Shown in pieces: positions 60,901-64,000 of a stretch of DNA of 64,000 nt (position 1 is its first letter; every line of letters starts with the position of its first letter). This stretch comes from a virus. The notes below the pieces were generated by a model that searched no databases, was not told the origin of the DNA, and worked only from the letters and a program-made list of their open reading frames with translations. Both the position numbers and the translations under genes were made by a program. The DNA lies in IMG/VR virus record IMGVR_UViG_3300008262_003578; one strand, 5' to 3'.

Positions 60901-62955
60901 GATACTTCAGTTGCACAAAATAACTCAACAAATAGAAGTATCGCTAGAATTAATTCAACAAGTGCAATGGCATGTCGTAGAGTTAAAATTAAAAACATTA
61001 AGGTTAATGGTTCAGCAACTAATGAAAAAATAGATGAACCTGTAGTTATTGATGAGAAAAAAGAAGACGATATTGTTATAACCCCAATTAAACCTACACC
61101 ACAAAAAACAATATCTACTGAACTTAAAAAAGGGTTAAGTAAAAAAATATTAAGAAGTTTACTATCTGAATGTGATTATTTTGAAATGATTAAGGAAAAC
61201 GAGCCTATGGTGTATAAATCATTCTCAGAGAAAATAAAACATTTCAATCCTGCGTTTCACTCAATGACTCCCGAAGGTTTAAACTCTCGTTTAACATTCT
61301 TAAATCAATGTGTGAGACCTGGTGAAACAATTCCTGTGATAGGCCCTGACGGTAAACCAAAATATAATGATTCAGTTAATACTGCGTTTGGGGCTCCACC
61401 TGTATTGGTATTAAGAATAGGTGATTTTTACCATACTAAAATAATTCCCGATAACGTAAGTTTTAGTTATGAACCATTAATTTATGACATGAACCCTGAA
61501 GGTATTGGGGTTCAACCAATGATGGTTAATGTATCACTAAGTTTTAAAATGATTGGTGGTATGGGGTTAAAAGAACCTGTTGACCAATTACAAAATGCGT
61601 TATCATTTAATTACTACGCAAATACTGAAATATACGATGAAAGGGCGGTATTTACCGAAGACACATCGGCATTAGATAAAGAAGTGTTTGACGCCATTTT
61701 AGCAGCACAACCAAATGGTAAAGCAAATAATAATGTGTCAAATCAATCAAATGGTGGTGAAACAATAGGTCAGATAAAGAAAACAGTACCAGTTACTACA
61801 CCACAATTTACTGGTGAAACGGGTGAAATATTTTACCAAAAAGTGATGGATAATTTATATGATACCAATAAGTCATATTTTGAAAACATAACGAATCAAT
61901 TAGAAAAAATATTATTACAATATAATAATGGTGTTTTACAAATGGTTAACTCAAAAAGACAATATACTAAAGGTAATGTTAAAAATGAATCAGGAAATGC
62001 GGAGTGTGAAATATATGGAAAACCTGATTTAACCAATTCAAATGAGTTATTTGATTTAGTTAGGTTAGGTATTAATAATAATAGTAATCCGATTATACAA
62101 GAACTTTTTTTACAGGGATTTTCACCTAGTGTTGCTGAGTTTGTGATACTTAAACAAAATATGATTCAGTACATTGATACTTTGCAAGGTGATTTTGATA
62201 GTGGTTTAGCTACTATTAATCAAGATATTGTTGGACAAGAAAATAATTTAATAAGTTTAATTGCGCAATTAAATAGTGTTGCGGATAAGACTGATGGTAA
62301 AATAGTTGGGAATAAAGTCTTTATATACAACATTAGTGGGTCAACGGCTCAAGGGGCGGTTAGCTCAACTAGTGTAGGGGTTAGTAATACATATGATGAG
62401 TTTATAAAAGATTATAAAACTTTACCTACTTCACTTAATTCTTATATTAAATTATTGACCGATAATAAAGTGTTAACTAAAGACTATACTTCGGTTGGAG
62501 TTTTTAAACCTGCAACAGATAAGATTGGTGAAACATCAATACCCTTAAGTTTCTTTATGGTAATGGCTAGAGTGTTTACTGATAAAAATAAATTACAAGA
62601 TTTTAAAAATTTTGTAATTAGCGGTCCTTTAGTTAATTATAAAACACCTAAAGATTTAAGAAAATCATTTGATAAAGCTTGTGATGAATTGGCTAAAAAT
62701 TATGAAAAAGAACTAAAAGCTGAAGAAAAGAATTTTGAGAAGTTTAAAAAGAGTGACGGTTATAAACCATATTTAACAGGTATTGATAAATTAATGTACC
62801 CTAAAGGTAAAACCAGAAAGTTTAATTTTACAACACAGAAAGATGAAGTTAAATTCCCTCAACAAGAAAAATATATAAAAGATATTTATGGGACAGTTCC
62901 TTATGGTGATAAGGCCAATGATAAAAATACGTTTGATGGTAAAATAAATTTATAA
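57901..62955 (+). CDS. Large baseplate/tube-initiator protein with an inserted OmpA-like domain
   Basis: Tube-like segments (WFPPYELKFSD, PPVLVLRIGDFY...VSLSF); YFEND...GSAS...YNKALSNRR...RRVKI. Confidence 0.65.
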   Translation: MPESPLSFASTSTFRNTLMAKNLAQYTVVGNYTPPTGPLNYEIVLGDSNVIDSPNNLNQTYPDQLYPLNEYGPDGGYNLTIDFNGPPLPVDSNQGPYNPNPDQSQLITLNGLYITGPYIINDYSPENGYNYVYGVTDTINPGQIHLPYVNSFVASSYSPYSILSSDNPTGSDGSLSQDSYIAQLGAAQLQNLFEDRINLEIYQSTVGAVNLNTLQDPFEAALIATGQQPLIYRNWRITVPENSIVAALDFATRLTGSYWPVSLIPGDYYDENTSNGLQSNQTSNALSTVNQLTGGLLGPILNINRNPSQIFLANTGNGQRSALFANLHYNRYSPNYNNEFGGALGVIQGLVNVVNNVVNPNGTITSSYYVGSSNAEPSQITSPANQIPINSFGQQNPSPVYGPSELGQLYEGNIDNIKFGLAGISSENGGGIDGQFIWTSPKYKSNAGFKATPGGGSGSKDDDFNQISSQYQSNESTNLEYKKGSILDNTQKLIDSADNVTGISRLKHVGNAMNQVSKVFHDGYKEMTKGSQVVSYKDNTTGNEAGIEYCRVFTKDTPYYTFADLQKTDGITTSGRRFSYSILDNTYNLNIAPLKNPGSTNIVKNEKGDFYAKKYMFSIENLAWRTSSRPGFTYDELPVCEKGPNGGRVMWFPPYELKFSDTSQADWNPTNFIGRPEPIYTYKNTSRSGQLSWKIIVDSPSVMNIIVDQQLKGASTERVNSILESFFAGCVKFDIYELAKKYNTIPVSELQQIQEALNNPRLTAEELAGIKASIPADNTDVVGNMANSTGGGGGDKAKTEDTSVQEFEQKYLDFAFYFENDMPGPHNSTSNTTTENYQSLYDTYVSQTNIDSYQSKANSVFKTDNGESKTTGFFDTVIKSNFKNIAEGDSNFINDSIKLLEKGYGPISIEMVGSASAVASENYNKALSNRRIDSIKKFFSSKGLEKYITEGKFKVTLEQGAGENIVIPKTSVEIGSGTTEVTTTDSGVGNDVDCTKLQFPDTSVAQNNSTNRSIARINSTSAMACRRVKIKNIKVNGSATNEKIDEPVVIDEKKEDDIVITPIKPTPQKTISTELKKGLSKKILRSLLSECDYFEMIKENEPMVYKSFSEKIKHFNPAFHSMTPEGLNSRLTFLNQCVRPGETIPVIGPDGKPKYNDSVNTAFGAPPVLVLRIGDFYHTKIIPDNVSFSYEPLIYDMNPEGIGVQPMMVNVSLSFKMIGGMGLKEPVDQLQNALSFNYYANTEIYDERAVFTEDTSALDKEVFDAILAAQPNGKANNNVSNQSNGGETIGQIKKTVPVTTPQFTGETGEIFYQKVMDNLYDTNKSYFENITNQLEKILLQYNNGVLQMVNSKRQYTKGNVKNESGNAECEIYGKPDLTNSNELFDLVRLGINNNSNPIIQELFLQGFSPSVAEFVILKQNMIQYIDTLQGDFDSGLATINQDIVGQENNLISLIAQLNSVADKTDGKIVGNKVFIYNISGSTAQGAVSSTSVGVSNTYDEFIKDYKTLPTSLNSYIKLLTDNKVLTKDYTSVGVFKPATDKIGETSIPLSFFMVMARVFTDKNKLQDFKNFVISGPLVNYKTPKDLRKSFDKACDELAKNYEKELKAEEKNFEKFKKSDGYKPYLTGIDKLMYPKGKTRKFNFTTQKDEVKFPQQEKYIKDIYGTVPYGDKANDKNTFDGKINL

Positions 62956-63278
62956 TGGGTAGACAATATTATAATAGATATAATAATTTTATTTTAAATG
63001 GGGAACAAACTGTTGTTCCTTATATCACTCTACCGAGTAAGAGTACTGATAAAAGATATGTATATAAAGTTGCTCAAACAAGATTAGATAAATTATCTCA
63101 GCAATATTACGGAGCACCTTATTTTGGTTGGTTAATTTTAGTGGCAAATCCATTGTATGGAGGACAAGAATGGAGTATTCCTGATGGTTCTATATTGACA
63201 ATTCCATTTCCTTTAGTAGCTTCATTACAAGATTATAAAAATACATTAGACAACCACTTCTTCTATTATGGTAGATAA
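62955..63278 (+). CDS. LysM-like baseplate wedge protein (P2 gpX/T4 gp53-like)
   Basis: TRLDKLSQQYYG...WLILVANP. Confidence 0.75.
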   Translation: MGRQYYNRYNNFILNGEQTVVPYITLPSKSTDKRYVYKVAQTRLDKLSQQYYGAPYFGWLILVANPLYGGQEWSIPDGSILTIPFPLVASLQDYKNTLDNHFFYYGR

Positions 63279-64000
63279 AATAGAAAACATTTTAGTTGAA
63301 TTTGATTACAACAACATTATTGTCGTTGACCCTAATAAAGTGGTTGACTTAGATGGTAATGTCAAAGAAAGATTTGTAAAACAGGAAGATTTAGTGATGT
63401 ACGCTAATTTAGAGTGTAAAGTATTACCAAGAACTAAGTTAGCGGTAGGTTCAGCAACTGATGATGCTATACAAACTGTATCAATCGCATCAATCAATTT
63501 TTTGAATCCTGGTAATAAAACATTTATGGATAACGCCTATACCGATGAGATAACAGGTAAAGATACTATTCAAGGTAAAGGTGTTAATCAGGTTACTCAA
63601 AAACAAATACAAAATCCTAAAAAAAGTGATGATTGGTATCTTAGACAAACATTATCTTCAGGGGGTAAAGACGGTGCAACTGACAATGGATTATTAGGGA
63701 TAACTAATATTTCAATCAATCAAAACCTATCTTTTATGCCAACCATTGACATCCAACTTGAGGACGTTAAAGGAAGAGCATTATTTGAAGGTGGTGATAA
63801 TTCTCCATACGCAGCATTTTTTAATTTACCATACCCTTTATTTAATTTAACTATTAAAGGTTTTTATGGGAAGGCGATAAAGTTGGCGTTAATGTTACAA
63901 ACATTCACCACTAGATACGATTCAAATGACGGTAATTTTAAAGTAAGTTTAAAATTTTATACTTACAAATATACTATTTTAAGTGAGATTACTATGGGTC
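63268..64000 (+). CDS. Probable baseplate hub protein, truncated at the window edge
   Basis: Manual translation MVDKIENILVEFDYNN...LLGITNISI...LEDVKGRALFE; open to the end. Confidence 0.6.
   Translation, partial: MVDKIENILVEFDYNNIIVVDPNKVVDLDGNVKERFVKQEDLVMYANLECKVLPRTKLAVGSATDDAIQTVSIASINFLNPGNKTFMDNAYTDEITGKDTIQGKGVNQVTQKQIQNPKKSDDWYLRQTLSSGGKDGATDNGLLGITNISINQNLSFMPTIDIQLEDVKGRALFEGGDNSPYAAFFNLPYPLFNLTIKGFYGKAIKLALMLQTFTTRYDSNDGNFKVSLKFYTYKYTILSEITMG

Noticed and set aside
1-64000. Bacterial chromosome with an eCIS/tailocin, or a eukaryotic giant virus suggested by the mucin/GT60/papain genes
   Set aside because: Sheath, tube, tape measure, neck, PolB, SNF2 and a sigma factor co-occur without housekeeping genes; bacterial-type promoters and terminators; no NCLDV markers seen
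1-64000. Stop-codon reassignment as in some large phages
   Set aside because: Standard-code ORFs tile the window densely; the two breaks found are frame changes, not in-frame stops

Overview
AT-rich segment of a large tailed dsDNA phage (myovirus-like, contractile tail); no host housekeeping genes, rRNA, tRNA or CRISPR array were seen. From left to right: (i) 1-20.7 kb, minus strand: sigma-70-family/gp55-like sigma factor, PhoH, a nucleotide-sugar and glycosyltransferase cluster (GMD, GDP-fucose synthase, NDP-hexose C-methyltransferase, two FkbM methyltransferases, a second GMD-like SDR, GT2/GT4/GT9-like enzymes), dUTPase, a stand-alone 3'-5' exonuclease and a WYL protein; (ii) 20.8-39.3 kb, plus strand: a lectin/papain-like protease fusion, a tandem family of Thr/Pro-rich mucin-like proteins, then six glycosyltransferase genes led by a GT60-type polypeptide GlcNAc-transferase, then two more probable virion proteins; (iii) family B DNA polymerase, neck protein, Mn-type SOD fused to a nuclease-like domain, SNF2 helicase; (iv) neck/tail completion, sheath (frameshifted near its 5' end), HAD phosphatase, tube, tail chaperone with a probable programmed frameshift, tape measure and baseplate genes. 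The best candidate for an undescribed system is a phage-encoded mucin-type O-glycosylation machine: Thr-rich virion substrates, an adjacent GT60 initiating enzyme, GT7C/GT10-like extending enzymes and GDP-fucose/methyl-sugar supply. All family calls are from motif recognition by eye, not database searches.
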